IMG/VR virus record: IMGVR_UViG_3300032227_002278
Reading direction: 5' to 3' (one strand)
From: an uncultured virus (IMG/VR IMGVR_UViG_3300032227_002278)
Lineage: Duplodnaviria; Heunggongvirae; Uroviricota; Caudoviricetes
Length of the DNA: 64,000 nt
The position numbers and the translations under genes were made by a program. The notes beneath the pieces are model-generated. The model was not told the origin of the DNA. It saw only the letters and a list, made by a program, of their open reading frames with translations, and did not search any database. This document shows, in pieces, positions 51,910 to 60,934 of the stretch. Each line of letters opens with the position of its first letter. Within the stretch, counting starts at the first letter, position 1.

Positions 51910-52233
51910 ATGGCTCGTAGTAAGAAAGTTGACCGTGTTGATTTGAGTGGTATTTCTGGCGAGAAGGTTCCTTCTCGTCAGCAGGTTCTCCAGCAGTATC
52001 TGGGGCAACCATTGGCAGTACTTTGTGCCCGGTTTGCATATCGTGGCATTCTGTCTGCCGTAGGTGATGATTATCTGATTTTGGCTCAACCAAGGGCTGT
52101 TGAAAGCTCTGGTGCTTCCAGCTCAGAGCGTCCAAACTCAGAAGACCCTATTGGGTCATCTATTATGGTATCTCTTGATAGTTTGGAATTGGTATACCAA
52201 CCCAACTGGTGCTTTGCTAGCCTGGATGACTAA
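51910..52233 (+). CDS. Putative Sm/LSm-fold protein
   Basis: YLGQPLAVLCARFAYRGILSAVGDDYLIL resembles Sm1; IMVSLDSLELV resembles Sm2. Confidence 0.5.
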   Translation: MARSKKVDRVDLSGISGEKVPSRQQVLQQYLGQPLAVLCARFAYRGILSAVGDDYLILAQPRAVESSGASSSERPNSEDPIGSSIMVSLDSLELVYQPNWCFASLDD

Positions 52234-52237
52234 TAAA

Positions 52238-52298
52238 CTTCCCGGTGTGGGGAATAAGTTATACCCTAGGGCACACCACCTAGGTTTTTTTAAGGAGG
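52238..52298 (+). ncRNA. Kissing-loop leader/attenuator RNA, copy 2
   Basis: TTCCCGGTGTGGGGAA...CCTAGGGCACACCACCTAGGTTTTTTTAAGGAGG. Confidence 0.6.
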
Positions 52299-52306
52299 AT
52301 TTTGTT

Positions 52307-52846
52307 ATGAGTAATCTTGTGAGTAATTTCAAATTATCTATCTCTTCTAACAATAGTGGTACTTTGGATGTTGAACTTTTTATAGAAATTAATGGATGGG
52401 ATACCATCCTTATATATTGGCTGGAAAATTGCACTGACTACGAATCAAAATATGGAATTGGTATTCCGCTTGACATTGTTTGTGGTGAAGATTGGCCAAA
52501 CTACCCATTAGTTGGATTTAAAGATAAAGATGATAAGAAAGCCTTTCCTAAAAAAGGAAAGACTATAAGGGCTAGGGAATTAGATTCAAATGATAAAAAT
52601 ATTTCTCACAAATATATGTTATGTATTGATGAAGAGGCAGTAGATGAGATGACAGCGGAATGTTTGTCACATCTATTACAATTGCCTACAACTGATTGCA
52701 TTGATAACATCGATACTCTGACCGGACTATACATGGGACAAGATGTCACTTTGAGTTTGAATGATATTTCTCACGAAAATCTTTGTGGTATTTTGGATAT
52801 TCTACGAAAGGCTTGTTCTGACGACGAGGTTCCTGCAAGTTATTAA
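52307..52846 (+). CDS. Hypothetical protein
   Basis: AAGGAGG RBS. Confidence 0.6.
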   Translation: MSNLVSNFKLSISSNNSGTLDVELFIEINGWDTILIYWLENCTDYESKYGIGIPLDIVCGEDWPNYPLVGFKDKDDKKAFPKKGKTIRARELDSNDKNISHKYMLCIDEEAVDEMTAECLSHLLQLPTTDCIDNIDTLTGLYMGQDVTLSLNDISHENLCGILDILRKACSDDEVPASY

Positions 52847-52852
52847 TTAATA

Positions 52853-52911
52853 CTCCCGGTGTGGGGATATAACTTAACCTAGGGCACACCACCTAGGTTT
52901 TTTTTAAGGAG
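52853..52911 (+). ncRNA. Kissing-loop leader/attenuator RNA, copy 3
   Basis: CTCCCGGTGTGGGGA...CCTAGGGCACACCACCTAGGTTTTTTTTAAGGAG. Confidence 0.6.
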
Positions 52912-52920
52912 ATGTAATCC

Positions 52921-53544
52921 ATGCGAGAAAGAACAATAACTATGAAAGTTAATTTAGAGTCTCTTGAAAACAGAATCACTCCAGCTTCTATCGAAATTGG
53001 AGGATCTTCTAATTCAGTATTGATTATTAGAGATAGTGCTATTTTGAATGTAAATTCTGTAAACCAAAATCTAATTACTATCAATGGAAATAATTATAAT
53101 GTTCCAAGTAGTATTAGAAATATAAATGTTTATGGAAGCAATTATAATGATTCGATTAATCTAAAGAATTCTAATAAGGTTTGTTTTGTTGATGGTGGCA
53201 ATGGTAATGATGTTATAATTGGCTCAAATAACAATGATTTGTTATGGGGCGGTATAGGAAACGATACCATTAGCGGAGAAGGTGGAAACGATCAGGTTGC
53301 CGGTGGTTCTGGCAATGATAAGTTATTCGGAAATGATGGTAATGATAATATTGACGGGGGAAGTGGCAACGACCTTATCGTAGGTGGCAAAGGTGTTGAC
53401 AAATTAATAGCCTATGATTGCTCCGCACTATATTGCATTGATGAAGTATGGACCGATGATATCGGTGTCATAACTTCAGTATTTGCAGACTTGGTTTATT
53501 TTAATAGAAGTTTAGATTGGATCAATGGTTATAAAAGGAGTTGA
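52921..53544 (+). CDS. RTX (hemolysin-type Ca-binding) repeat protein with planctomycete LExLExR N-terminal motif
   Basis: LESLENRITPA; GGxGND repeats. Confidence 0.85.
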   Translation: MRERTITMKVNLESLENRITPASIEIGGSSNSVLIIRDSAILNVNSVNQNLITINGNNYNVPSSIRNINVYGSNYNDSINLKNSNKVCFVDGGNGNDVIIGSNNNDLLWGGIGNDTISGEGGNDQVAGGSGNDKLFGNDGNDNIDGGSGNDLIVGGKGVDKLIAYDCSALYCIDEVWTDDIGVITSVFADLVYFNRSLDWINGYKRS

Positions 53545-53618
53545 ATCAAAGGCAATCCAGAATAGGTTACAACATAAAGTTGGAGCTGAGTTTGTTGTGT
53601 CAACCAAGGAGGCTAGTG

Positions 53619-54086
53619 ATGCATAAGTCAAGAGTCATTGATGAAATATTGGATGTTTTTTCCCGTCACAATGAACTTTGTGACCAAGATTTAGCTGATT
53701 TTACCAAAGGAAACATTAATCCTAACTCCGTACGCTCCTCTAGAATTAAACTAGAAGAAAAAGGATTTATCACCAAAACCGAAAAGCGGCTAAATACTAA
53801 CGCAACTAGAGAATGTATGCATTACAAAATTACTAAGAAAGGTCTTTCTAAAAACAAACCAATCAAAAAGATTGGTAGACCTAGCAAATGTAATCCCCAA
53901 GATGTAATCGCTGCCTATAACAAAGTCGGTAGAGTTAAAGGCTGGGGAAATATTATATCCAAAATGTTCGATGTCTCAGCAGCATCTATCTACGCTTGCG
54001 TAGCTAAATACGGCAAAGATATTCCAAAACAAAAGATTAATAAGAAACATCTGTGCTTCCAAGTGTTTGCAAGAATGGAATATTAA
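53619..54086 (+). CDS. Winged-helix-like DNA-binding protein
   Basis: NSVRSSRIKLEEKGFI; C-terminal HTH-like segment. Confidence 0.5.
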   Translation: MHKSRVIDEILDVFSRHNELCDQDLADFTKGNINPNSVRSSRIKLEEKGFITKTEKRLNTNATRECMHYKITKKGLSKNKPIKKIGRPSKCNPQDVIAAYNKVGRVKGWGNIISKMFDVSAASIYACVAKYGKDIPKQKINKKHLCFQVFARMEY

Positions 54087-54249
54087 TATGAAACCCTCTC
54101 TGAAGGATATTATTAATCTTCCACAAGATCACCCATTGTATATTCAATTTATGAAAGATGCAGAAGAACAATCTAATGTTCCTGCTCTGGAAATTGGAGA
54201 TGAAGAAAGTATTTCTTATTTCAACAAGTATATCACAGGAGATAGGTAA

Positions 54250-54717
54250 ATGGATATTAGTTTCTCTCAGTTGGTTTCTACTGTCATTCGTAAACATGGC
54301 ATTAAATCCATAGAAATTGAATTTGCTGGAAGTGGAGATGAAGGTTACCTAGAAGAACCAGAAGTTTCATATGAAACTGATATTGATGAAAGCTCTAAAA
54401 TAACTTATAGCGAAAAAATCAATACAGATATATCAAAGATTGTTAACTCTGCAAGTGAAGAATGCGGATTACTAGATAATCTAAATGAATTTTTAGATAC
54501 TGAATATATTAAAGGTGAATTTGTTTATAACTATAAAGAACATATTTTTCGCTTATTAAAAGAATGGGTTTTGTGGTATCTGGATAATGAATATACAGGC
54601 TGGCAGGATAATGATGGTATACATGGCAAATTTGTTTGGAGTGCAGATAAAGATACCTGTCAGTTTATTCGCAATATACCAATAACAACATTCGAAGAAT
54701 ACGAAGAACAGATTTAG
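54250..54717 (+). CDS. DUF6878-like protein
   Basis: IEFAGSGDEG...GWQDNDGIHGKF. Confidence 0.65.
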   Translation: MDISFSQLVSTVIRKHGIKSIEIEFAGSGDEGYLEEPEVSYETDIDESSKITYSEKINTDISKIVNSASEECGLLDNLNEFLDTEYIKGEFVYNYKEHIFRLLKEWVLWYLDNEYTGWQDNDGIHGKFVWSADKDTCQFIRNIPITTFEEYEEQI

Positions 54718-54771
54718 AATTACGATAATTCAAAAGACTGTTCTTTTAGGTGTAACACAAAGGAGTAAGTT

Positions 54772-55230
54772 ATGCAAATTACACTCATGCGTGGTCTTCC
54801 TGGTTCTGGCAAGTCTTTTATAGCCAATAACATGGAAGGAACAGTACTATCCACCGATGACTTCTTCACCACAGAAGGTGGATACGATTTCGAGCCTACC
54901 CAAATCGGTCAAGCTCACGCTTGGAACCAACAAAGGACAGAAACTGCCATGATGAAGGGAGATTCCCATATCATCGTGGATAATACCAATATCATGTTCT
55001 GGGAAATGAAACCCTATATCCTCCTCGCTGAAAAATATGGATATGAAATCGAATGGGTAGAAGCCCAATCCGAATGGGCTTGGAATCCAGAAGAATGCCA
55101 TAAAAGAAATAAACATGGCGTTCCCCTAGAAGTTATACAGACAATGTTGAATAAGTACCAGAAATTGCCCAAACAAGGGGCTAAGGAAGCTATACTCACC
55201 GCTAAGGCTCCTTGGGAGGGGCAGGTATGA
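54772..55230 (+). CDS. P-loop kinase (AAA_33/N4BP2-like)
   Basis: MRGLPGSGKS, STDDFF, IIVDNTN, RNKHGVP. Confidence 0.88.
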   Translation: MQITLMRGLPGSGKSFIANNMEGTVLSTDDFFTTEGGYDFEPTQIGQAHAWNQQRTETAMMKGDSHIIVDNTNIMFWEMKPYILLAEKYGYEIEWVEAQSEWAWNPEECHKRNKHGVPLEVIQTMLNKYQKLPKQGAKEAILTAKAPWEGQV

Positions 55231-55506
55231 AAATAGGTATTAAATGTCATGGAAACTCTTGGTATTCATGGCAGACTAATTCATTTGGTGACCTAAGCTG
55301 TTTTCATTGGCAGTATACTACTGATTATGCACCTTATAATAAGTGTTTCCGTATGAATGCTGGCAAAGGGCATCCTATATTAGAGGTTTCGGTATCATCC
55401 ATGTTCTCGAGAGATACATTAGGGATTAATTTGAAAACCTACAAAAGTAGAAGGTAAGATTTTGGGGTTGACTGTGGTTGGTTTAGTGATATAATGATTT
55501 TCTGTA

Positions 55507-56053
55507 GGGCTCTTAGCTCAATTGGTTAGAGCAAACCGCTTAAAAGGAGGAACCCTAAACAACAAATGTCGGATTGTGTACTTCGGCATGGCAATTCATA
55601 CAGAGAAGTTGACATTTTTCAGCTTCATCTACAAGTTTTTGCCATTTTCTGTTGGAACACGAACGAATGTCAAGATTAAAGCTTTTTACTGATGGATCGA
55701 GATGATGGAATGAAAGAGCTGCATAGTTCTTTTTATATCCACAAATTTCACATGATCCACCTTTGTTTTTAGCTAATTCGATTTTTCGTAAGTGCCCACG
55801 GTTTTGCTGGCATACATAAGTTTGATATTTGCGGTTTGTATGATGATTTTTACAGTATTCAGAGCACCATTTGCGCTGGTTTCCTGTTAAATCTTTATTA
55901 CAAGTTCCGCATGTTGCATGGGTTTCTTTTGAAGGGCTACTATTTGTTTCCATATGATTATGTAGTTATTCATAATCATTTTTTGGAGACTTTTAGTAAA
56001 ATCTGTCAAAGTCGGTGAACCCTGTAAAATGGGAATACCGAGCCAAGAGCCCA
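55507..56053 (+). pseudogene. Broken tRNA gene with truncated group I intron (anticodon unreadable)
   Basis: 5' half GGGCTCT..GAGC-A-AACCG-CT(T) at 55507-55541; intron P3-P6 at 56005-56047; acceptor 3' strand AGAGCCC-A at 56046-56053; TTGACT-N16-TATAAT upstream. Confidence 0.7.
55555..55953 (-). CDS. HNH endonuclease, antisense inside the intron
   Basis: CEICGY...FHHLDP...KCQLLCMNCHAEVH. Confidence 0.85.
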   Translation of the reverse strand: METNSSPSKETHATCGTCNKDLTGNQRKWCSEYCKNHHTNRKYQTYVCQQNRGHLRKIELAKNKGGSCEICGYKKNYAALSFHHLDPSVKSFNLDIRSCSNRKWQKLVDEAEKCQLLCMNCHAEVHNPTFVV

Positions 56054-56099
56054 AATAGATAGTTGAATTGACTTAACTTTGTGGTTATTATTATATCAT

Positions 56100-56172
56100 G
56101 CAGAGTGTGCTCGACGGTATTGAGCAGCATCCTTATAAGGTGCCACAAATGGTCCGACTCCATTACTCTGCA
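56100..56172 (+). tRNA. trnI: tRNA-Ile(UAU)
   Basis: GCAGAGT/ACTCTGC acceptor; GCATC-CTTATAA-GGTGC; AATGG-TCCGACT-CCATT. Confidence 0.8.
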
Positions 56173-56180
56173 ATGTTATA

Positions 56181-56265
56181 GCTATCGTGGCGGAACAGGC
56201 AGACGCAACAGACTTAAAATCTGTCGGGATTATATCCCGTACCAGTTCGATTCTGGTCGATAGCA
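56181..56265 (+). tRNA. trnL: tRNA-Leu(UAA)
   Basis: ACAGA-CTTAAAA-TCTGT; long variable arm; TTCGA T-loop. Confidence 0.93.
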
Positions 56266-56278
56266 TTATAATCCTTCC

Positions 56279-56460
56279 AGAATAAGTTATTTTCTGCCCA
56301 AGCAAGGGCATCCTACACCTACACCTACACCTACACTAAATCAGCCAATAAAAAAAATCCGAAACTTTTAAAGGACAAGCAGAATAAGTTATTTTCTGTC
56401 CTAGTAAGGGCATCCTAACTTCGCCGTTAAAATCTGTGCAAGAATAAGTTATTCTTGGGG
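56279..56460 (+). repeat. Direct repeats AGAATAAGTTATT...AAGGGCATCCTA and (CCTACA)4
   Basis: Copies near 56279, 56381, 56441; hexamer run 56311-56335. Confidence 0.75.
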
Positions 56461-56592
56461 TTGAGTGGGGGAATGGAAGAAGGCTCCGGCTCGCAACCGG
56501 AACTTTTTTAACTGATTTTGAATATTTGATCCGATAATGGAATTACGATAATTCTGAAGCGTATTCTTTTTGGTGTAAGGCGAGGAGGAAAA

Positions 56593-57030
56593 ATGCCAAT
56601 AATCGAAGGTGTGATTAGATATTACGAAGAAGATGAGTTTGTTGATAAGGTAGAGTGGCTATATCAACAAAAGCATATCAACAAGGATGGTTTCTTCATT
56701 GATAAGGATGGTAATTGCATATCAACAGATGTAGATTCAAATGTTGATAGAGATACACTTTGCATATCAATACCATATGGAGAATACCAGAATCTTTCAA
56801 TCAAGGATTTGGTTGTTCCTCGTTATGGCGGGGTAATAACAGAGATTGATAATATGAATGCCAAGGTTTCATATGATGGCAATGAAGATGAGTATAACTT
56901 GATTGATTGGGCGAAGGAACATTTGGTTATTGAAGATGACCATCCTAATTTCAACGAGATTGTTATAGATATTTTTCTTGATGACCACAGGGAATGCGAT
57001 AAACCAACAAAGGAGTTTAACAATGGATAA
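56593..57030 (+). CDS. Hypothetical acidic protein
   Basis: Motif, GAGGAGG RBS. Confidence 0.6.
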   Translation: MPIIEGVIRYYEEDEFVDKVEWLYQQKHINKDGFFIDKDGNCISTDVDSNVDRDTLCISIPYGEYQNLSIKDLVVPRYGGVITEIDNMNAKVSYDGNEDEYNLIDWAKEHLVIEDDHPNFNEIVIDIFLDDHRECDKPTKEFNNG

Positions 57031-57394
57031 AGATGTATTGCATTTTAAGAGTTTGAATAAACTGGCATCAAAGTTAATGATTACAGTTGCAAATATTATG
57101 TTGGAACCATCGGGGGAAACAAATACCCGTGTTTCTGTAGCTAACCTTTGCCAACAGCTATCTGAGAAAGAAATGTATTTTGAAAGAATCAAGAAGATTA
57201 TTCTTGATTTTTTCAATAAAGAGCATGATGATAAAGACTATAATCTTGATGAAGAAAAAATTGACAATCTTATCAAAAAGTTGATTAAAGAAATCAATAC
57301 AGTTACTCAAATCTCTTTAGCAGCTCATGATAAGCTTGATATGTATTGGGATGATGAGACACAAGACTTTGTTTTCAAAAGTAAAGGAGAATAA
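57023..57394 (+). CDS. Hypothetical protein
   Basis: AAGGAG RBS. Confidence 0.6.
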   Translation: MDKDVLHFKSLNKLASKLMITVANIMLEPSGETNTRVSVANLCQQLSEKEMYFERIKKIILDFFNKEHDDKDYNLDEEKIDNLIKKLIKEINTVTQISLAAHDKLDMYWDDETQDFVFKSKGE

Positions 57395-57399
57395 CAAAG

Positions 57400-57699
57400 A
57401 TGTCCGCAGCAATGATGAATGAAGAAGTTGAAGGTAAAAAAGAAAATAGGAAGCGTCTAATCAAGGAAACTGAAGTAGCAGATGCTCTTATGGCTATAGT
57501 TGGAAATCCAGAAAGATTCGTAAGTTGCAAGGCTCATCATATTAATGAGTCTTGGTATCGTGTTAATGTAAGAAGTTTTAAAGATGAAATTTCCGGTCTT
57601 ATTAAACTAACCACAGTATGTAATTCTTACTTTGTATCATTTAGAGATGGTAAGTTTATAGAAGGAGATGAAGTAATTAATCTATATCCTATTAAGTAA
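57400..57699 (+). CDS. Hypothetical protein
   Basis: AAGGAG RBS. Confidence 0.6.
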   Translation: MSAAMMNEEVEGKKENRKRLIKETEVADALMAIVGNPERFVSCKAHHINESWYRVNVRSFKDEISGLIKLTTVCNSYFVSFRDGKFIEGDEVINLYPIK

Positions 57700-57835
57700 T
57701 AGACTTATTAGGGTGTTGTACCTAAGCTTGTCCTATCCTTATTATGTGGTAGGGCAAGCTTTTTGAATTACGATAATTCTGAAGGCTGTTCTTTTAGTTG
57801 TCGCCGTGGTGGTGACAAACGGAGGATTTAAGAAT

Positions 57836-59263
57836 ATGCGTTATCTAATGATTGAGAATCCTGGTGTTGCTCCTGTTGAAGGCTATACTTTGTTTGGTGG
57901 AACTACTAAGCGGGAAGCTACTGATAAGCGTATTATTGGAACATTTGGTTCTGGTAACAAGCATGGTATTGCTGTTGCTTTACGCCAGAATGTTCCACCT
58001 GTTGTCTTCTGTGGTACTCAGAAGATGTCTTTCTTCACTCAACCTAAGACCATTAAAGGTGTAGGTAGCAGTGTAGAAGTTCAACAGATTTGTGTAAAAT
58101 ATGGTGGCAAGTGCAATATTACTGGTAAGACTACTACCAGCGAGAAAGAGCTTGACCAAGCTCTGGAATATGGTGCTAAGGATTGGCAAGAATTGTCTCT
58201 TGCTTTGAGAGAGTTTGTATCTAATGCTATCGACGCTTGTTATGAGCAAGATTTGTCTCATAGCGATGTTGTTGTAGAGATTGTTGACGAGAATCAAGTA
58301 AGAGCTAAGAGTGGTCATACTCGGGTATTCATCCCTGCCACAATGGAAGTGCAGGAGTTTAAGAAAGATTTAGGAAAGTGGTTTCTTCACTTTTCTGAAC
58401 CGGAAATGCTTACTCAGTCTGTCTTTCTTAAGAAAGATCGCAATCGTAAAGAATCTCGTAATGCGGTGATATATCGCCGTGGGGTTTTGATTCGTGAGTT
58501 TGGGAATGAAGAGCATAGCAGTCTCTTCGATTACAATATCGAAGATTTGCAATTGAATGAAAGCCGTCAATCATCTGATTGGGATTGTCGCTATCATGCG
58601 TCAAAGGCTCTTATCAACGCTAATCGTGAAATTGCTACTGTATTCCTCAAATCTCTTATTGATAGGAGTGAGAAATGGGAATCTAGCTTCGATGGCAGCT
58701 ACTTAGTTTGCTCTTGGGAAAATAAGGAAGTTATAGAGAAGCGTAGCAAAATTTGGCAAGATGCTATCGAAAGCCTGCTTGGCGATAAAGGATGCTTTAC
58801 TAGCACTACATTGATGCAGACTGTATCTGGTAAAGGATATATTCCTGTTATCGTCAATGAAGGTTATCATAAGTTTTTCAATACTTTGAAATTGAATACA
58901 GATAGTAAGATACTGAGTGAGCATGATTTAAATCAAAGAGACATACTTCCAGCTACTAAAGCTGTAGTGTATTGTCTTGATGATATCTGGAGTAAAATTG
59001 ACTTGGTTAATCTTACTCATGGTGAGAAGAAGCCTAGTGTTTATTGCTTCCGTCAACAGACGCAAGCTGCTGCAACAACACTTGGTTTTTGGAAAGGCGA
59101 TGATATCTTCATCAATGTTGATATTGCTGAAGCTATTACCGACCAGCTCCGTGATACAATTGTTGAAGAACTTTGTCATCACATCACTAAAGCTACCGAT
59201 GGTAGTCGTGACTTTGCCAATTGGCTAATTCGCTTTGCTGTTGAGATGAGCAAAGCTATCTAA
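57836..59263 (+). CDS. GHKL-type ATPase (permuted motif order) with C-terminal metallopeptidase-like segment
   Basis: IENPG, IGTFGSGNK, REFVSNAIDA; TIVEELCHH. Confidence 0.65.
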   Translation: MRYLMIENPGVAPVEGYTLFGGTTKREATDKRIIGTFGSGNKHGIAVALRQNVPPVVFCGTQKMSFFTQPKTIKGVGSSVEVQQICVKYGGKCNITGKTTTSEKELDQALEYGAKDWQELSLALREFVSNAIDACYEQDLSHSDVVVEIVDENQVRAKSGHTRVFIPATMEVQEFKKDLGKWFLHFSEPEMLTQSVFLKKDRNRKESRNAVIYRRGVLIREFGNEEHSSLFDYNIEDLQLNESRQSSDWDCRYHASKALINANREIATVFLKSLIDRSEKWESSFDGSYLVCSWENKEVIEKRSKIWQDAIESLLGDKGCFTSTTLMQTVSGKGYIPVIVNEGYHKFFNTLKLNTDSKILSEHDLNQRDILPATKAVVYCLDDIWSKIDLVNLTHGEKKPSVYCFRQQTQAAATTLGFWKGDDIFINVDIAEAITDQLRDTIVEELCHHITKATDGSRDFANWLIRFAVEMSKAI

Positions 59264-59323
59264 TGCTAGAGGGGGATATATTCCCCCTTTAGTTTTTTTG
59301 TTTTATTCCTTGGGGGTTGTACA

Positions 59324-59599
59324 ATGGTTGATGGAGACGGGATTTTTACCAAGTTGAGAGTGAAGGACAAGACAGGTGCTTTTATCTCCAAGGAAGAATT
59401 GGAAATTGAAGTTGAAGCAAGGATGAATGAAAGCGATAAAGACCCTGCGTGGGTATGTAAGATTCGTTTTGCTGAGGATGGGATTCATCATGAGATATAT
59501 TGGGATGGTAAGTTTGCTGGAAGAAAGATTCAATCATATTCGACTTTTGAAGGGGTTTTAGACTCTAACTTTTGCACAATTGCTGGTGATTTTATTTAA
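59324..59599 (+). CDS. Hypothetical protein
   Basis: ORF with GGGGG RBS-like site. Confidence 0.55.
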   Translation: MVDGDGIFTKLRVKDKTGAFISKEELEIEVEARMNESDKDPAWVCKIRFAEDGIHHEIYWDGKFAGRKIQSYSTFEGVLDSNFCTIAGDFI

Positions 59600-59611
59600 A
59601 GGAGAACAACT

Positions 59612-59818
59612 ATGAAATCGGTTATTCATCTTCGGAAGTGGATTGCAGAACAATTGAAACAAGTTGATGGTAATGATGATGTAAATCATGTTCTTAGATA
59701 TATTCGTAGAAAAACAGATCATCCATGTTATACGGAAGATGAAGTTATTTTAGAACAATGGAGATCTTTTTTGTCTGAGATTGATTGTTATGAAATTTTG
59801 AGAACTGAATTACGATAA
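59612..59818 (+). CDS. Hypothetical protein
   Basis: AAGGAG RBS; stop codon lies inside the motif. Confidence 0.6.
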   Translation: MKSVIHLRKWIAEQLKQVDGNDDVNHVLRYIRRKTDHPCYTEDEVILEQWRSFLSEIDCYEILRTELR

Positions 59819-59875
59819 TTCCTTGTCTCTTTCTTTTAGTTGTCGCCGTGGTGGCAACTAATTATAGGAGTATTT

Positions 59876-60250
59876 ATGGCTCATCCTTATCATCATTCAT
59901 TAAGTTCTGTTAAGAAGTTTGGCGGAGTTCCCCAAGACTACGAAAAAATTCATTCTTGGTTTGATGAAACCAAGTCGCATTTTGCCGATTTTAGGCATCG
60001 TGCATTGCGTCATCATTCATTGGGCATATTTTGGTGTGAAGAGAAGTTTGGTATTACTATAACCAATTCTGACGGCAAGGAAGTTCCTGTTCGTTTAATT
60101 GGCGAACAGCACGTCCGTGAGGATTGTGGTAAGATTCCCAGTATTCAAGACTGGTTTTCACAGATTAAGCCAGCTCGTTGGATGGGAGAACCGCCTGTCA
60201 AACTGGAAAGGGTTTTGGAAGAATCTTCCGAAGTTGTGGAATTACGATAA
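59876..60250 (+). CDS. DUF6915-like protein
   Basis: MAHPYHHSLSSVKKFGG...RHRALRHH...VRLIGEQHVREDCG. Confidence 0.75.
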   Translation: MAHPYHHSLSSVKKFGGVPQDYEKIHSWFDETKSHFADFRHRALRHHSLGIFWCEEKFGITITNSDGKEVPVRLIGEQHVREDCGKIPSIQDWFSQIKPARWMGEPPVKLERVLEESSEVVELR

Positions 60251-60304
60251 TTCCAGACCTCATTCTTTTAGGTGTCACCGGGGTGGTGACAAGGAGGAAC
60301 TAAA

Positions 60305-60619
60305 ATGTTTGGCGAACCTATCTTTTCTTATACCGCTCAAGATGCTTTAGATGATGGGGTGTTTCAGCAACCTTTCCCCAAGGAATATCCTGGTGTACTG
60401 CTTACAGAGGCTGTAAGCACGGCTTGCTTAACTAAAAATGATGGAAGGACATTTAACCAATGCGCCTTTCCTCTGGTTATGGACGCTGTAATGGCTGTTC
60501 AAGCCAAAAAGAATCCCAAAGATGGTTTCTGGAAGCTGGAAGAAACTGTCGCTGGAACTGTTTGGATTTTTCCAAATGAGTTTGGTTCTATCACAATTAT
60601 GAAACCAGAGGAATATTGA
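60305..60619 (+). CDS. Hypothetical protein (YTxxxAxxDG...TIMxPEEY, DUF6573-like)
   Basis: Motif, RBS, recognisable termini. Confidence 0.6.
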   Translation: MFGEPIFSYTAQDALDDGVFQQPFPKEYPGVLLTEAVSTACLTKNDGRTFNQCAFPLVMDAVMAVQAKKNPKDGFWKLEETVAGTVWIFPNEFGSITIMKPEEY

Positions 60620-60795
60620 TGGATATTGTATATGTTGAATATGCTCCCCTTAAAGAGTATGAGGTGACTTATACTCTCAAGGGGAAGAAGTATCAAGATG
60701 TTGTCCGAGCAAACTCTAGCACAGATGCTAGAGAACTTGTTAAGACAAGATATAAAGATGCTCGTATTATTTCAGTTAGGGAAACAAAGAAATAG
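60619..60795 (+). CDS. Small hypothetical protein (58 aa, below cutoff)
   Basis: MDIVYVEYAPLKEYEVTY...VRETKK, TGATG-coupled. Confidence 0.55.
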   Translation: MDIVYVEYAPLKEYEVTYTLKGKKYQDVVRANSSTDARELVKTRYKDARIISVRETKK

Positions 60796-60934
60796 GAGGA
60801 TATATGGGGTTTGCAATTGGTGTTGTAGCTGGTCTTGTTTTTATTGCAGCATTAGGAAATATAAAAGTTGAGGAAAGGAATTAGATTACGATAATTCTGT
60901 AGTATAGTCTTTCAAGTGTTAAAAGGAGGAAAAA

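Noticed and set aside
55507..55541. Assigning an anticodon to the broken tRNA
   Set aside because: The 3' exon is missing. Ile/Met(CAU) and Lys(UUU) are both compatible with what remains.
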